Below, piece by piece: positions 55,052 to 64,000 of a DNA stretch of 64,000 nucleotides (position 1 is the first letter of the stretch; every line of letters begins with the position of its first letter). This stretch comes from Chloroflexota bacterium (GTDB lineage: Bacteria; Chloroflexota; UBA5177; JANWHV01), in contig DATLQX010000141.1 of assembly GCA_035534995.1 (NCBI GenBank), positions 11,424 through 75,423 of the forward strand, in the 5' to 3' direction. Below the pieces are notes generated by a model. It did not search any database and was not told the DNA's origin. It was given only the letters and a program-made list of their open reading frames with translations. Both the position numbers and the translations under genes were made by a program.

Positions 55052-55117
55052 GTAGGGGCACCGGTCGCGGGTGCCCCCGCGCGGAAGCTCACGGGCACCC
55101 ACGACCGGTGCCCCTAC
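55052..55117 (+). repeat. GTAGGGGCA...TGCCCCTAC palindromic element between the binding-protein and permease genes
   Basis: gtaggggcaccggtcgcgggtgccc (55052-55076) / gggcacccacgaccggtgcccctac (55093-55117): 25-nt arms, 1 mismatch. Each arm can also fold on itself (gggcacc...ggtgccc). Confidence 0.6.
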
Positions 55118-55155
55118 CCGCGCAAGGCCCGTACGCCCCACCGTAATAGGGAAGC

Positions 55156-56109
55156 ATGGGTAAATACGCACTCCGCCGCGTCTTGCAGGCCATCCCACTC
55201 TTGTTGGGCGTGGCGATCCTGTCGTTCGCCTTGATCCAGTTCCTGCCCGGCGGGCCGCTCACCCTGCTCGCCCATAACCCCCACGCCACGCCGGCGCAAA
55301 TCAGGCAAATCTCCCATAATCTCGGGCTCGATCAGCCTGGCTATATCCAATTCTTCAAGTGGGCCGGCGGCCTCCTGCACGGCGATTGGGGAACCTCCTA
55401 CGTGGATGGCCGTCCCGTCCTCAGCGACATCGGGGCGAGGTTGCCCGCAACCCTCCTCTTGATGGGGACGGGGCTGCTCGTCTCGAGCGTCCTGGCGGTC
55501 ACGTTTGGCGTCCTTTCGGCCGTCCGCCCCTATAGTCTCTTCGATTATGGCGCTACCTTCTTCTCGTTCTTCGGCCTTTCCATGCCGGTCTTCTGGTTCG
55601 GCTTGATGCTGCAATTGCTCTTCGCGGTGCACCTCGGCTGGCTACCGGCGGCCGATGCCTACGACGAACGAACCGGCCCCAGCTTCTGGAGCGGGCTGCA
55701 TCATATCATCCTGCCCGCGTTCACCCTGGGGATTACCAGTATCGCTGGTTGGAGCCGCTATTTGCGGTCTTCCCTGGTTGACGTGGTCCGCCAGGACTAC
55801 ATTCGTACCGCCCGTGCCAAAGGGGTAGTGCGCCGGCGCGTGATTATGGTCCATGCGATGCGCAACGCTCTGATCCCCTTGGTGACCGTGATGGCGTTGG
55901 ATATTCCCGGCTATTTCACGGGTGCCGTGGTGGTGGAGACGGTATATTCGTGGCCGGGCATGGGGCGCCTGTTCTTCGATTCGCTTAATACCCGCGATTA
56001 TCCGATTCAGCTGGGCTTGCTGGTCATCTCCGCCTGCTTGATCGTGCTGGGGAATCTGATCGCCGATCTGGTCTATGGCTATCTCGATCCGAGGATAAAG
56101 TATTCATGA
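55156..56109 (+). CDS. ABC transporter permease, DppB/OppB type
   Basis: MGKYALRRVLQAIPLLLGVAILSFALIQFLPGGP hallmark. Confidence 0.88.
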   Translation: MGKYALRRVLQAIPLLLGVAILSFALIQFLPGGPLTLLAHNPHATPAQIRQISHNLGLDQPGYIQFFKWAGGLLHGDWGTSYVDGRPVLSDIGARLPATLLLMGTGLLVSSVLAVTFGVLSAVRPYSLFDYGATFFSFFGLSMPVFWFGLMLQLLFAVHLGWLPAADAYDERTGPSFWSGLHHIILPAFTLGITSIAGWSRYLRSSLVDVVRQDYIRTARAKGVVRRRVIMVHAMRNALIPLVTVMALDIPGYFTGAVVVETVYSWPGMGRLFFDSLNTRDYPIQLGLLVISACLIVLGNLIADLVYGYLDPRIKYS

Positions 56110-57047
56110 GCACGGACCAGCTCGATCCAGGCCCTCGGCATTCGGGCCAACTGGCCCCCGCGCTCGGCGCCGCGGCATCTCCCGTGGAGCCTCCGGAAAC
56201 CATCGAGGCACGACGGCGTGCCCGGCTGCTCCGCCGATTCTTGCGCCATCGGCTCGCGGTGGCCAGCCTGCTGATCCTCCTCGTGGTGGTGCTGATCTCG
56301 GTCTTCGCGCCCGTGATCGCTCCCTACGATCCCAGTGCGACGGACATCAATAACCTCACGGCTACCGGTCCCACCGCCGCCCATTGGCTGGGTACCGACG
56401 ACATCGGAGAGGATGTGTTGAGCCGGGTGCTTTTTGGCGGGCGCATCTCGCTCAGCATCGGGGCTGGCGCCGCGCTGCTCTCACTGGTCCTTGGCGTGGT
56501 GGTCGGGGCGGTTGCCGGGTGGTTCGGTGGAATAGTAGATACCCTGCTCATGCGCTTCGTCGATCTGATGCTCTGCTTCCCCGCGCTGTTCCTCTTGCTG
56601 ATCTTCTTTGCCCTGGTCCCCGCCTCCGAGTTGGTCATCGTGCTGTTCCTCGGGCTCTTCGGCTGGATGTACCTGGCCCGCATTGTCCGCGGTGATTTCC
56701 TTGCCCTCAGGGAGCAGGAGTTCGTGCAGAGCGCCCTCGCCCTGGGAGTGGGCAGCCGGCGCATCATCTGGCGGCACTTGCTTCCGAACGTGGTTGGCGT
56801 GGTGATCGTCACCGGCACCCTGAACGTGGCCTACAATATGCTCGCCGAGGCGACCCTCGACTTCCTGGGCTATGGGGTGCCGCCCGATACGCCAACCTGG
56901 GGCAATATGCTCACCACCGCCAGTAACCACTATATTGATCAGCCGTTGCTGGCCATTGCTCCCGGCCTTACCCTGACCGTGGTCATCCTCTGTATTAATT
57001 TCCTCGGGGACGGCCTTCGCGATGCCCTTGATCCGAAGATGTCCTGA
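56106..57047 (+). CDS. ABC transporter permease, DppC/OppC type
   Basis: HWLGTDDIGEDVLSRVLFGGRISL hallmark. 4-nt overlap with the preceding gene. Confidence 0.88.
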   Translation: MSTDQLDPGPRHSGQLAPALGAAASPVEPPETIEARRRARLLRRFLRHRLAVASLLILLVVVLISVFAPVIAPYDPSATDINNLTATGPTAAHWLGTDDIGEDVLSRVLFGGRISLSIGAGAALLSLVLGVVVGAVAGWFGGIVDTLLMRFVDLMLCFPALFLLLIFFALVPASELVIVLFLGLFGWMYLARIVRGDFLALREQEFVQSALALGVGSRRIIWRHLLPNVVGVVIVTGTLNVAYNMLAEATLDFLGYGVPPDTPTWGNMLTTASNHYIDQPLLAIAPGLTLTVVILCINFLGDGLRDALDPKMS

Positions 57048-57070
57048 AGCCGCCATGGTCAGCCATGCGG

Positions 57071-57400
57071 CTACGGTTGGGAATGTGGCGCGTCCGTTCC
57101 CGTCTCGGTGGCATCATAGCGTTCGGCCGAGGCACTGAAGAGGCCGGCGCTTTCACCATATTTGGCCGGATCATAGCGATCCCCAGCCGCGAGTTCGGCA
57201 CGCGACGCCGCGACCCGGACCATAGCGGTATCGAGCGCGCCCCAGCCATAGGGAAGGATCAGGTCACTGCCGAATACCCCGCGGTCGCGGACCACCAGGT
57301 ACCTCGGCGTCCCTTCGGCATCGAAGAGCACGTCCTCCACAACCCCGGCCACACCGTCGCTCGCCATCACCTGCTTGCCGATCAAGGCAGACTTATCCAT
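57071..57400 (-). CDS. PRC-barrel domain protein
   Basis: LIGKQVMASDGVAGVVEDVLFDAEGTPRYLVVRDRGVFGSDLILP. Internal ATG (MDKS) chosen as the start. Confidence 0.7.
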   Translation of the reverse strand: MDKSALIGKQVMASDGVAGVVEDVLFDAEGTPRYLVVRDRGVFGSDLILPYGWGALDTAMVRVAASRAELAAGDRYDPAKYGESAGLFSASAERYDATETGTDAPHSQP

Positions 57401-57743
57401 GGACCTTTCCCTCTCTGGTACAGCTTGGCGTACGATTTCCTGTGATTGCACATGCTCGGTCCAGTCCAGTGTCCCAGGGGCGTGATAGCGGGGCAAGGCC
57501 AGGATGTCCGCATAATACCCAATATGCTGCTTGCTTCCTTGCCGGCCGCGTGTCCGTGGCCGGCACGCCGAACCGTCGCCCCTCTATCTGTGGTCTGTTA
57601 TCAGCACACAATGGCGGCGAGCGGCCGCCAGAGAGTTCGTTTTGCCGCTCAATGGTAGGTTTGTTAGAATTGAGGTGATAGATTAGGCATGTTTTCTCGG
57701 CGTGCGGGCGAACTCGGCACGATCGCCGGTTACGAGGGCTAAC

Positions 57744-59009
57744 TTGGAACCTGTGATCGTTGGCATTCATCAACGGAGCGCGCCCGTGGCCTTGCGCGAG
57801 CAAGTGGCCTTTGCCGAGACTGATTTGGTCCGCGCTCTGCCCGCCCTCCGCCGATTGGTACCCGAGGCTGCCCTCGTCTCAACGTGCCATCGCACCGAGG
57901 TATACGCGGTGGACGACGGGGAGAGCGACACCGCCGGTCTGGCCTTGCGATTTCTCCGCGATTGGCATGGAAACGTGGCGGACCAGGTAGTTCCGTATCT
58001 CTACGTAAAACGTGGAGCGGAGGCTGCCCACCATCTGTTCCGTCTGGCTGCCGGCCTTGATTCGATGGTCCTGGGCGAGGACCAAATTCTGGCCCAACTG
58101 AAAGGCGCCCTGGATGCCGCGCGTAATGCCGGTACCCTGGGGCCGGTCCTCTTCCGGCTACTGGAGGGCGGTTTGGCGGCGGGAAAACTTGTCCGAGCCG
58201 AGACAGGGATCGCCCGCGGCCACCTTTCCGCCGTTTCGGTGGTCGTGGATCTGGCGCGGGAGCGACTCGGTGGTCTGGCGGGACGGCGCATTCTCGTGGT
58301 GGGCGCTGGGGCGACCGGGGAATTGGCCTTGAAGCACCTGCGGGACGAAGGAGAAGCGCGCGTCCTGCTCACGAATCGCACCAACGCTCGCGCGGACGCG
58401 CTGGCGTCCCAGTACGGTGCCGAGCCCTGGCCCTTCGAGCACCTGGATGATGCCCTGGCTCAGGTGGACCTTGTTCTCGGTTGTACCGCGTCTCCGGAGC
58501 CTGTGATCGGCGCCTCCTTGGTTCAGCGGGCTCTGGACACGCGGGAACGCGACCGCCCGCTGATGTTCTGCGATCTCGCGGTGCCGCGCGACATCGATCC
58601 CCAGGTCGCTACCCTTCCTGGCGTTCTCTTGTATGATGTGGATTGTCTCCACGAACTCTGCGCCGCCAATCGTGAGGCCCGCGTCGCCGAGGTCGCGCGC
58701 GCCGAGAGCCTGATCGAAGGAGAAGTTACCGCGTTTTCGCGCTGGCTAGCCGCGCAGGACCAGGTTCCCACCATCCGGGCCCTCCGCGATCACGCGGAAT
58801 CGATTCGCGTGACGGAGGTCGAGCGGGCCCTGGCCCAGTTACCGGATCTCTCTCCTCACCAGAGACGAGCCGTGGAAGCGTTGTCCGCCGCGATCGTCAA
58901 CAAGCTGCTCCATCGTCCCATGGTTAGCCTTAAAGATCCCGAGGCCGGGAATGGCCTCGCCCTGGCGGCCCGGCGCCTCTTCGATCTGCAACTCGTGGTG
59001 GGAGACTAA
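57744..59009 (+). CDS. hemA: Glutamyl-tRNA reductase
   Basis: VIVGIHQRSAPVALREQVAF...LVSTCHRTEVY...AAGLDSMVLGEDQILAQLK...VVGAGATGE. The start is TTG 57744 or GTG 57753. Confidence 0.92.
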   Translation: MEPVIVGIHQRSAPVALREQVAFAETDLVRALPALRRLVPEAALVSTCHRTEVYAVDDGESDTAGLALRFLRDWHGNVADQVVPYLYVKRGAEAAHHLFRLAAGLDSMVLGEDQILAQLKGALDAARNAGTLGPVLFRLLEGGLAAGKLVRAETGIARGHLSAVSVVVDLARERLGGLAGRRILVVGAGATGELALKHLRDEGEARVLLTNRTNARADALASQYGAEPWPFEHLDDALAQVDLVLGCTASPEPVIGASLVQRALDTRERDRPLMFCDLAVPRDIDPQVATLPGVLLYDVDCLHELCAANREARVAEVARAESLIEGEVTAFSRWLAAQDQVPTIRALRDHAESIRVTEVERALAQLPDLSPHQRRAVEALSAAIVNKLLHRPMVSLKDPEAGNGLALAARRLFDLQLVVGD

Positions 59010-59012
59010 CGG

Positions 59013-60305
59013 ATGGCCGCCACCGCCCGCTCGGAGGCCCTTTTCGCGGAGGCCCGTCGGCTTTTTCCTGGGGGGGTAAACAGCCCCGTCCGCGCCTTCC
59101 GCGGCGTGGGCGGTACGCCCCGCTTTATCGACCGAGGCGAGGGACCGTACCTGTTTGATGTGGATGGAAACCGGCTCATCGATTATGTCCTGTCCTGGGG
59201 GCCGTTGATTCTTGGCCATGCCCACCCGGACGTAGTCGCGGCTATCACCCGGCGGGCCGCCATGGGGACCAGCTTCGGCGCGCCGACCGAGCTGGAGAAT
59301 GACCTGGGCCGGCTGATAACCGGCGTCATGCCCGCGGTGGAGGAGTTGCGGTTCGTATCGTCGGGTACCGAGGCCACGATGAGCGCGGCCCGCCTGGCCC
59401 GTGCCTTCACTGGGCGGCCCAAGATTCTCAAGTTCGAGGGGTGTTACCACGGGCACGCGGACGGCTTTCTGGTCCAGGCCGGCTCAGGGGTCGCGACCCT
59501 TGGTCTCCCGGACAGTCCAGGCGTCACCAGCGCCGGCACGGCCGACACGCTCAGTGCCCCGTACAACGATCTGGGCGCGGTACGGGCGCTATTCGAGCGC
59601 CTCGGTGACCAGGTCGCGGCGATCATCGTGGAACCGGTGGCGGGGAACATGGGTCTGGTACTGCCAGAGGTCGGCTTTCTTCCTGGCCTACAGAATCTGG
59701 CCCACCAGTATGGGGCGCTCTTGATTTGCGATGAAGTGATGACAGGGTTTCGGGTTGGGCTGGGAGGTGCTCAAGGTCTGTATGGACTGGCGCCGGACCT
59801 GACTTGCCTGGGCAAGGTGATCGGTGGCGGTCTCCCCGTGGCCGCGTACGGCGGTCGGCGGGAGATCATGGAACTGGTGGCCCCGGCAGGGCCTGTCTAT
59901 CAGGCCGGGACGTTGTCGGGAAACCCGCTCGCCATGGCGGCCGGCATCGCCGCTTTGCGGGCCATCACCAAACCAGAGGTGTTCCCTCGCCTGGAGTCCC
60001 TGACGGCCGCGCTCCGGGACAGGTTGACCGCCGCCGCCGCGGACGTTGCCGTTCCCTTCCAGGCTGCCTCGGTGGGCAGTATGTGGGGATTCTTCTTTAC
60101 CTCGGACCCTGTGACCGACTACCAATCCGCCAAGCACGCCGATACGACTCGGTACGCGCGCTTCTTTCATGCCATGCTCGACCACGGCGTCTACCTTGCC
60201 CCGTCCCAGTTTGAGTCGGCGTTTGTCTCCCTCGCTCACGGTCAGGGACAGATAGATGCCACGATCGAGTCAGCTCAAGCGGCGTTTCGTACCCTGGCTG
60301 AGTAG
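59013..60305 (+). CDS. hemL: Glutamate-1-semialdehyde 2,1-aminomutase
   Basis: [18 protein letters not shown]...[13 protein letters not shown]...FVSSGTEA...[11 protein letters not shown]...GKVIGGGLP. Confidence 0.95.
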   Translation: MAATARSEALFAEARRLFPGGVNSPVRAFRGVGGTPRFIDRGEGPYLFDVDGNRLIDYVLSWGPLILGHAHPDVVAAITRRAAMGTSFGAPTELENDLGRLITGVMPAVEELRFVSSGTEATMSAARLARAFTGRPKILKFEGCYHGHADGFLVQAGSGVATLGLPDSPGVTSAGTADTLSAPYNDLGAVRALFERLGDQVAAIIVEPVAGNMGLVLPEVGFLPGLQNLAHQYGALLICDEVMTGFRVGLGGAQGLYGLAPDLTCLGKVIGGGLPVAAYGGRREIMELVAPAGPVYQAGTLSGNPLAMAAGIAALRAITKPEVFPRLESLTAALRDRLTAAAADVAVPFQAASVGSMWGFFFTSDPVTDYQSAKHADTTRYARFFHAMLDHGVYLAPSQFESAFVSLAHGQGQIDATIESAQAAFRTLAE

Positions 60306-60447
60306 ATCCGTTTGTCCTCAATGCGGCTTGGCTTGAGCGCGCGCCTCGCTATGGGACTTGGCCCGCCATCTCAGCCGAGCCCAATGGCATCGAGGAGAAC
60401 CTACCGGATCTCCAGACGTCGATCCGGTTGAGTTAACCAACTTCACC

Positions 60448-61899
60448 CTACACGTCAGCCAACTCCACGTATCCGCCAATCGTAGGCTCAAAGTACGATA
60501 TCGCATAGCTGCGGGTCCTGAGATTCGCGCGCAGGGTCGCGTGGTGCACGCCGCCGCGCCACTCGATCAGCAGGCTCCCGTCCACAGCTTCTTCCGCCTG
60601 ACAGGCGCCGTCGAACGCGGGATAGCTGTTCCTAAACCGCATGAGATTGTACAGCCGCGTAACCACTGATCTGTTCAGGTTGTTTTCGGCCTCCGCCAAA
60701 GTGTAGGCGTGACGGTTGATGTCGCGACCAACCTTTGTACGCTCCAGCAATGCGACATCGTTCTCTCCGGCGAGCAAACCCACGTAATACACCTGGGGTA
60801 TGCCCGGGGCGAAGAACTGCACGGCCCGGGCCAGGAGATAGGCGCCGTCATCGTTGCCCAGGGCCGAGTAATACGTGCAATTCAGCTGATAGACGTCAAG
60901 GTTCTGGTAGGCCGGGGTACTGTACATGTGTTTCACGTTCGCACCGCGCGTGAAAAGGCACTCTTTGGTATGCTCGACTTCGTCATCGCTCAAGAGATCC
61001 TTCACATCCGCCACGCCTATGCCATCATGTGTGTCAAGCGTGGTGAACTGTTTTCTCGGACAGATACGCAGCCAATGCACCAGCCGGCTCGCCGATCCTG
61101 TATAGAGTGCGTGGAGTAAGAGCATCGGAAGGGCAAAGTCGTAGACCCAGTATCCATGGGCCGCGAGCTTCAATTGAAGCGAGTAGTGTTCGTGGACTTC
61201 AGGGAGGATCTCCACTCCGTACGGCCGCAGCACTGATTGACAGTAGTCGAGGAGGTCCCACACATCGGGCTCCAGGAAGAAGCAGCGTGTGTCAGGTCGC
61301 TTGGTCGCGTACGCAAACGCATCAAGCCTGACCATGGCCGCACCTCGTTGGGCGAGACTCACAAGACTCCGGGCAATGAAGGCGCGAGTGGCCGCGGAGT
61401 AGCAGTTGAGATCGATTTGCTCCTCGTCGAATGTGCACCAAACCTGCTCGGTACTCCCGTCGTGGAAGCGTTGCTCTACAAAAGGAGCGCGCGGCTTCCG
61501 CTTGTAGATCAGGTCGATCTGGTCTTGAGTCGGAGATCCCTTCGGCCAGAACTGCCTAAAAAGCAGGAAGAGATCCCGATAGGGAGAAGCATCTTTGTTT
61601 CTGACGAAGTCCGCATAGAAGCGCGATCGTCGTGATATGTGGTTGATCATGAAGTCAACTGTCAAGGAGAACTGGCTGGCCAGCGCCTGGATATCCTGCC
61701 AGCTTCCAAGGGTGCTATCAACTTCCTCGTAGGTAACGGGCGCGAATCCCCTATCCGCGGACGATGGATAGAATGGCAGGAGGTGCACGCCGCCTACGAC
61801 ACCTCCGCAGTGTGCCGTCAAGAAGTCATACAGCTCTCCCATGTTCTTGCCCAGACTGTTTGCGTAGGTGATGAGCACAATCTCATTCTTGATGGCCAC
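60448..61899 (-). CDS. Sucrose phosphorylase family enzyme (GH13_18); exact acceptor/donor specificity not inferable
   Basis: IVLITYANSLGKNMGELYDFLT..VVGGVHLLPFYPSSADRGFAPVTYEEVDSTLGSWQDI...DFMINHIS...VRLDAFAY. Visibly lower G+C than the flanking genes. Confidence 0.85.
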   Translation of the reverse strand: MAIKNEIVLITYANSLGKNMGELYDFLTAHCGGVVGGVHLLPFYPSSADRGFAPVTYEEVDSTLGSWQDIQALASQFSLTVDFMINHISRRSRFYADFVRNKDASPYRDLFLLFRQFWPKGSPTQDQIDLIYKRKPRAPFVEQRFHDGSTEQVWCTFDEEQIDLNCYSAATRAFIARSLVSLAQRGAAMVRLDAFAYATKRPDTRCFFLEPDVWDLLDYCQSVLRPYGVEILPEVHEHYSLQLKLAAHGYWVYDFALPMLLLHALYTGSASRLVHWLRICPRKQFTTLDTHDGIGVADVKDLLSDDEVEHTKECLFTRGANVKHMYSTPAYQNLDVYQLNCTYYSALGNDDGAYLLARAVQFFAPGIPQVYYVGLLAGENDVALLERTKVGRDINRHAYTLAEAENNLNRSVVTRLYNLMRFRNSYPAFDGACQAEEAVDGSLLIEWRGGVHHATLRANLRTRSYAISYFEPTIGGYVELADV

Positions 61900-62214
61900 G
61901 TCTCTTTACCTCGTTCACGTACCGGCAGCCTGGTTCACTGTCAACAACTTTAACAGTCGTAGCGCCGCCGGCTGTCGTTGCCTCGTGGTTGCCATACCAA
62001 GTCACATGGCCCTGGCAGCTTTTTCCGGGCTGCCGGTCAGACCCTTGATTCGCGGCCCTGGCCGCGGGGCGGATGCGTTATATCGGATCGGCATGACGCC
62101 GTTGCCAACGATGACGCGCGCGTCTGCCGGCGTCTAAACATGTGTGCCAAAGTCCGGCACTGTCCGTTCGGCGTGATTCGGCGCGAAAATCGGGCCGAAC
62201 GACTGATCGTGTGC

Positions 62215-63039
62215 CTAGCCCTTCAGCGATCCCTGCAGCAGCGCGGTGACGAAGTGGCGTTGGAAGACGACGAAGATGACGATCGTCGGCGCCAGGATGA
62301 GGAGAGACCCTGCCGACAGGAGCGGGATGTCGGTGCCCCACTGGCCCTGGAAGGCACCGAGCGCTCCGGCCATCGTCCTCTCAAGCGGATCGTCCACGAG
62401 CACGATCGGGAGCAGGAATTGGTTCCACGTCCAGACGGCCATCAGGATCCCGAGCGACGACAGGGCCGGCCTTGCGAGCGGGACATGGACGCGCCAGAAC
62501 AACTGCCAGGTATTCGCTCCGTCGACTCGCGCCGCCTCCGAGAGCTCATGCGGCACGGTCATGAAATGGGCGCGCATCCAGAAGATACCAAACGGCATGT
62601 AGAGGCCAGTCAGCGGCAGGATGATCGCCCACCGCGTGTTCAAGAGGCCCATGCTCCGGATCTCATAGTAGATGGGGACGATGACCCCTTCGAACGGCAG
62701 GGTCAGACCGAGTAGGAAGAGCAGAAAGACAAGCTGGCCTCCACGTATCCTCAACTGACCGAGCGCGAAGCCAGCCATCGTGGCGATCATGACCGACACA
62801 GGGACCACGGCGACCACGATCAGCACGCTCGAGCTGAAGATCGCCCCCATGTTGGCGGCCTGGAAGGCCGCGCCGAAGTTGCCCCACTGCGGCTGCGACG
62901 GCCAATCCAGACCGTTCGGGTATGTCCCCGACTGATGAAGGGCCGTCGTGAACATGCTGGCGAACGGCATCAGGATAAGGGCCATCAGGAGGACGAGCAG
63001 CGCGCCTCCCAACCACCTGATGCGCCGAGCGATGATCAT
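62215..63039 (-). CDS. Carbohydrate ABC transporter permease (MalG/UgpE-like)
   Basis: EAARVDGANTWQLFWRVHVPLARPAL (EAA loop). The ATG at 63039 overlaps the upstream permease stop (ATGA). The 442-aa track ORF is an over-extension. Confidence 0.88.
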   Translation of the reverse strand: MIIARRIRWLGGALLVLLMALILMPFASMFTTALHQSGTYPNGLDWPSQPQWGNFGAAFQAANMGAIFSSSVLIVVAVVPVSVMIATMAGFALGQLRIRGGQLVFLLFLLGLTLPFEGVIVPIYYEIRSMGLLNTRWAIILPLTGLYMPFGIFWMRAHFMTVPHELSEAARVDGANTWQLFWRVHVPLARPALSSLGILMAVWTWNQFLLPIVLVDDPLERTMAGALGAFQGQWGTDIPLLSAGSLLILAPTIVIFVVFQRHFVTALLQGSLKG

Positions 63040-63989
63040 GCGTCGCTCGTTTTCCGGGTGAGCCATTGAATGGGCAGGATGCAGACGAGCACAAGCACCA
63101 TCAGCACCACGGCGAGGGCCGAGGCAAGGCCGACCTCCCGATTGAAAAAGGCCAGTTGGTAGATCATGAGGCCCGGAACCATGGTCGCGTTCCCGGGCCC
63201 GCCACGTGTCGAGATGTAGATGATGTCGAAGGCCGACAGCGCGGCGACAACGGTGACGGTCACGCAGACGCCGATCTCCTGGCGCAGGCCCGGCAACGTG
63301 ATCGCGAGGAACTCCCGCAGCGCACCGGCCCCGTCGATCTGCGCCGACTCGTACAGCGCCGGGTCGATCTTGCTCATGCCCGTGACCAAGAGGACGGTAC
63401 AGAGGCCGAGGAGCACCCAGGCGCCGATGACGCCGACCGCCGGTAGCGCCGTCCCGAAATCGCCCAGCCACGCCCTCGTCACGCCGCCGAAGCCGAGCGC
63501 CGACAAGACCTGATTGACGACGCCCGACATCGAGAGCACCCAACTCCAGGCAATGCCGGCCGCGACAAGTGGGACGACCTGCGGCAGGAACAGCACGGTT
63601 CGCGCCACCGCGCTAATGCGGCGCGGCGCCAGTCGCTGCATCAGGGTCGCGACCGCCAGGCCGAGTATGACCGGGATGCCGCTGAAGAAGACGATGAGCT
63701 GGAATGCGTGCTCCAGGGCGCTGATGAGGTCGGGGTCGCTGAAAACGGTCTTGAAGTTGTCGAGCCCGGTCCACTGCGCCGGGGCGACGCCGTCCCATTG
63801 GTAGAGCGAGTACTTGAACGTCTGGATGAGCGGCCAGAGCACGAAGACGCCATAGGCGGTGAGGGCGGGCAGCACGAACAGCCAACCGTGTAGACGCGCG
63901 TCGCGGACCCTCACCTGGAGGGCCCGCGACGCCGATCCTCGGCTCGTCCCGCGATCCTCGCGGGGCGACGAGGTCGTTGTCCGTATCAT
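63036..63989 (-). CDS. Carbohydrate ABC transporter permease (MalF/UgpA-like)
   Basis: LPALTAYGVFVLWPLIQTF..., ESAQIDGAGALREFLAITLPGLR (EAA loop). The upstream binding-protein gene, if present, lies outside the window. Confidence 0.85.
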   Translation of the reverse strand: MIRTTTSSPREDRGTSRGSASRALQVRVRDARLHGWLFVLPALTAYGVFVLWPLIQTFKYSLYQWDGVAPAQWTGLDNFKTVFSDPDLISALEHAFQLIVFFSGIPVILGLAVATLMQRLAPRRISAVARTVLFLPQVVPLVAAGIAWSWVLSMSGVVNQVLSALGFGGVTRAWLGDFGTALPAVGVIGAWVLLGLCTVLLVTGMSKIDPALYESAQIDGAGALREFLAITLPGLRQEIGVCVTVTVVAALSAFDIIYISTRGGPGNATMVPGLMIYQLAFFNREVGLASALAVVLMVLVLVCILPIQWLTRKTSDA

Positions 63990-64000
63990 CGACCGCCGCG

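Noticed and set aside
62215-63543. 442-aa version of the MalG-like permease ORF, along with other over-long track ORFs: 30061-31233, 45487-46389, 47015-47680, 47725-49173, 1486-2718 and 21607-22773.
   Set aside because: The N-terminal extensions overlap the preceding genes, are low-complexity and lack SD sites. Internal starts with a GGAGG-type SD or with ATGA/TGATG coupling give proteins of family-typical length.

Overview
Densely coded 64-kb stretch of a high-GC bacterial chromosome. A hand count on one 100-nt coding sample gave about 70% G+C. I call about 60 CDS. Shine-Dalgarno sites are strong (GGAGG) and many adjacent genes overlap by 1-4 nt at stop/start. I found no rRNA, tRNA, CRISPR array, transposase or integrase. 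The lineage cannot be named from sequence alone; Thr/Pro-rich linkers, PRC-barrel, CsbD and YflT-type stress proteins and GGAGG sites suggest a terrestrial Chloroflexota- or Actinomycetota-like organism.

Content from left to right:
- padR plus an ABC efflux ATPase
- M42 peptidase, O-methyltransferase, and CsbD/YflT stress proteins
- polysaccharide deacetylase and HpcH aldolase
- a Dpp/Opp-type binding protein with two permeases and no ATPase
- a 1105-aa CheB-CheR-PAS-histidine kinase fusion
- PRC-barrel proteins, DoxX, an enolase-superfamily enzyme, M24 peptidase and GH130
- a truncated ScyD/E-like propeller
- an HtrA/GlsB/OmpR-family regulator/kinase envelope module
- a YVTN propeller
- an MCP translationally coupled to a two-domain cupredoxin, opposite a DUF2231-Rieske protein
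- a run of secreted proteins: NHL-like propeller, CHAP hydrolase, HAF-repeat::LivK-type fusion, a lectin-like anchored protein and a 737-aa unknown
- an orphan, low-GC Hcp (T6SS tube protein) gene
- an IclR regulator and a tightly coupled operon of 13 genes (liv-type ABC importer, pcaIJ, pcaHG, pcaB, pcaD, pcaC, pobA), followed by an MFS transporter
- a collapsed ECF sigma-factor remnant
- a second ATPase-less Dpp module
- hemA-hemL
- a low-GC sucrose-phosphorylase-family gene downstream of sugar ABC permeases

Most interesting findings:
1. The orphan Hcp, divergently paired with an uncharacterised secreted protein, with no other T6SS or contractile-tail genes in the window.
2. The HAF-propeller::LivK binding-protein fusion.
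3. The cupredoxin-MCP (ATGA-coupled) and Rieske module.
4. Two intergenic repeat families.
5. Tandem GTTC-N7-GAAC operators at the pca promoter.
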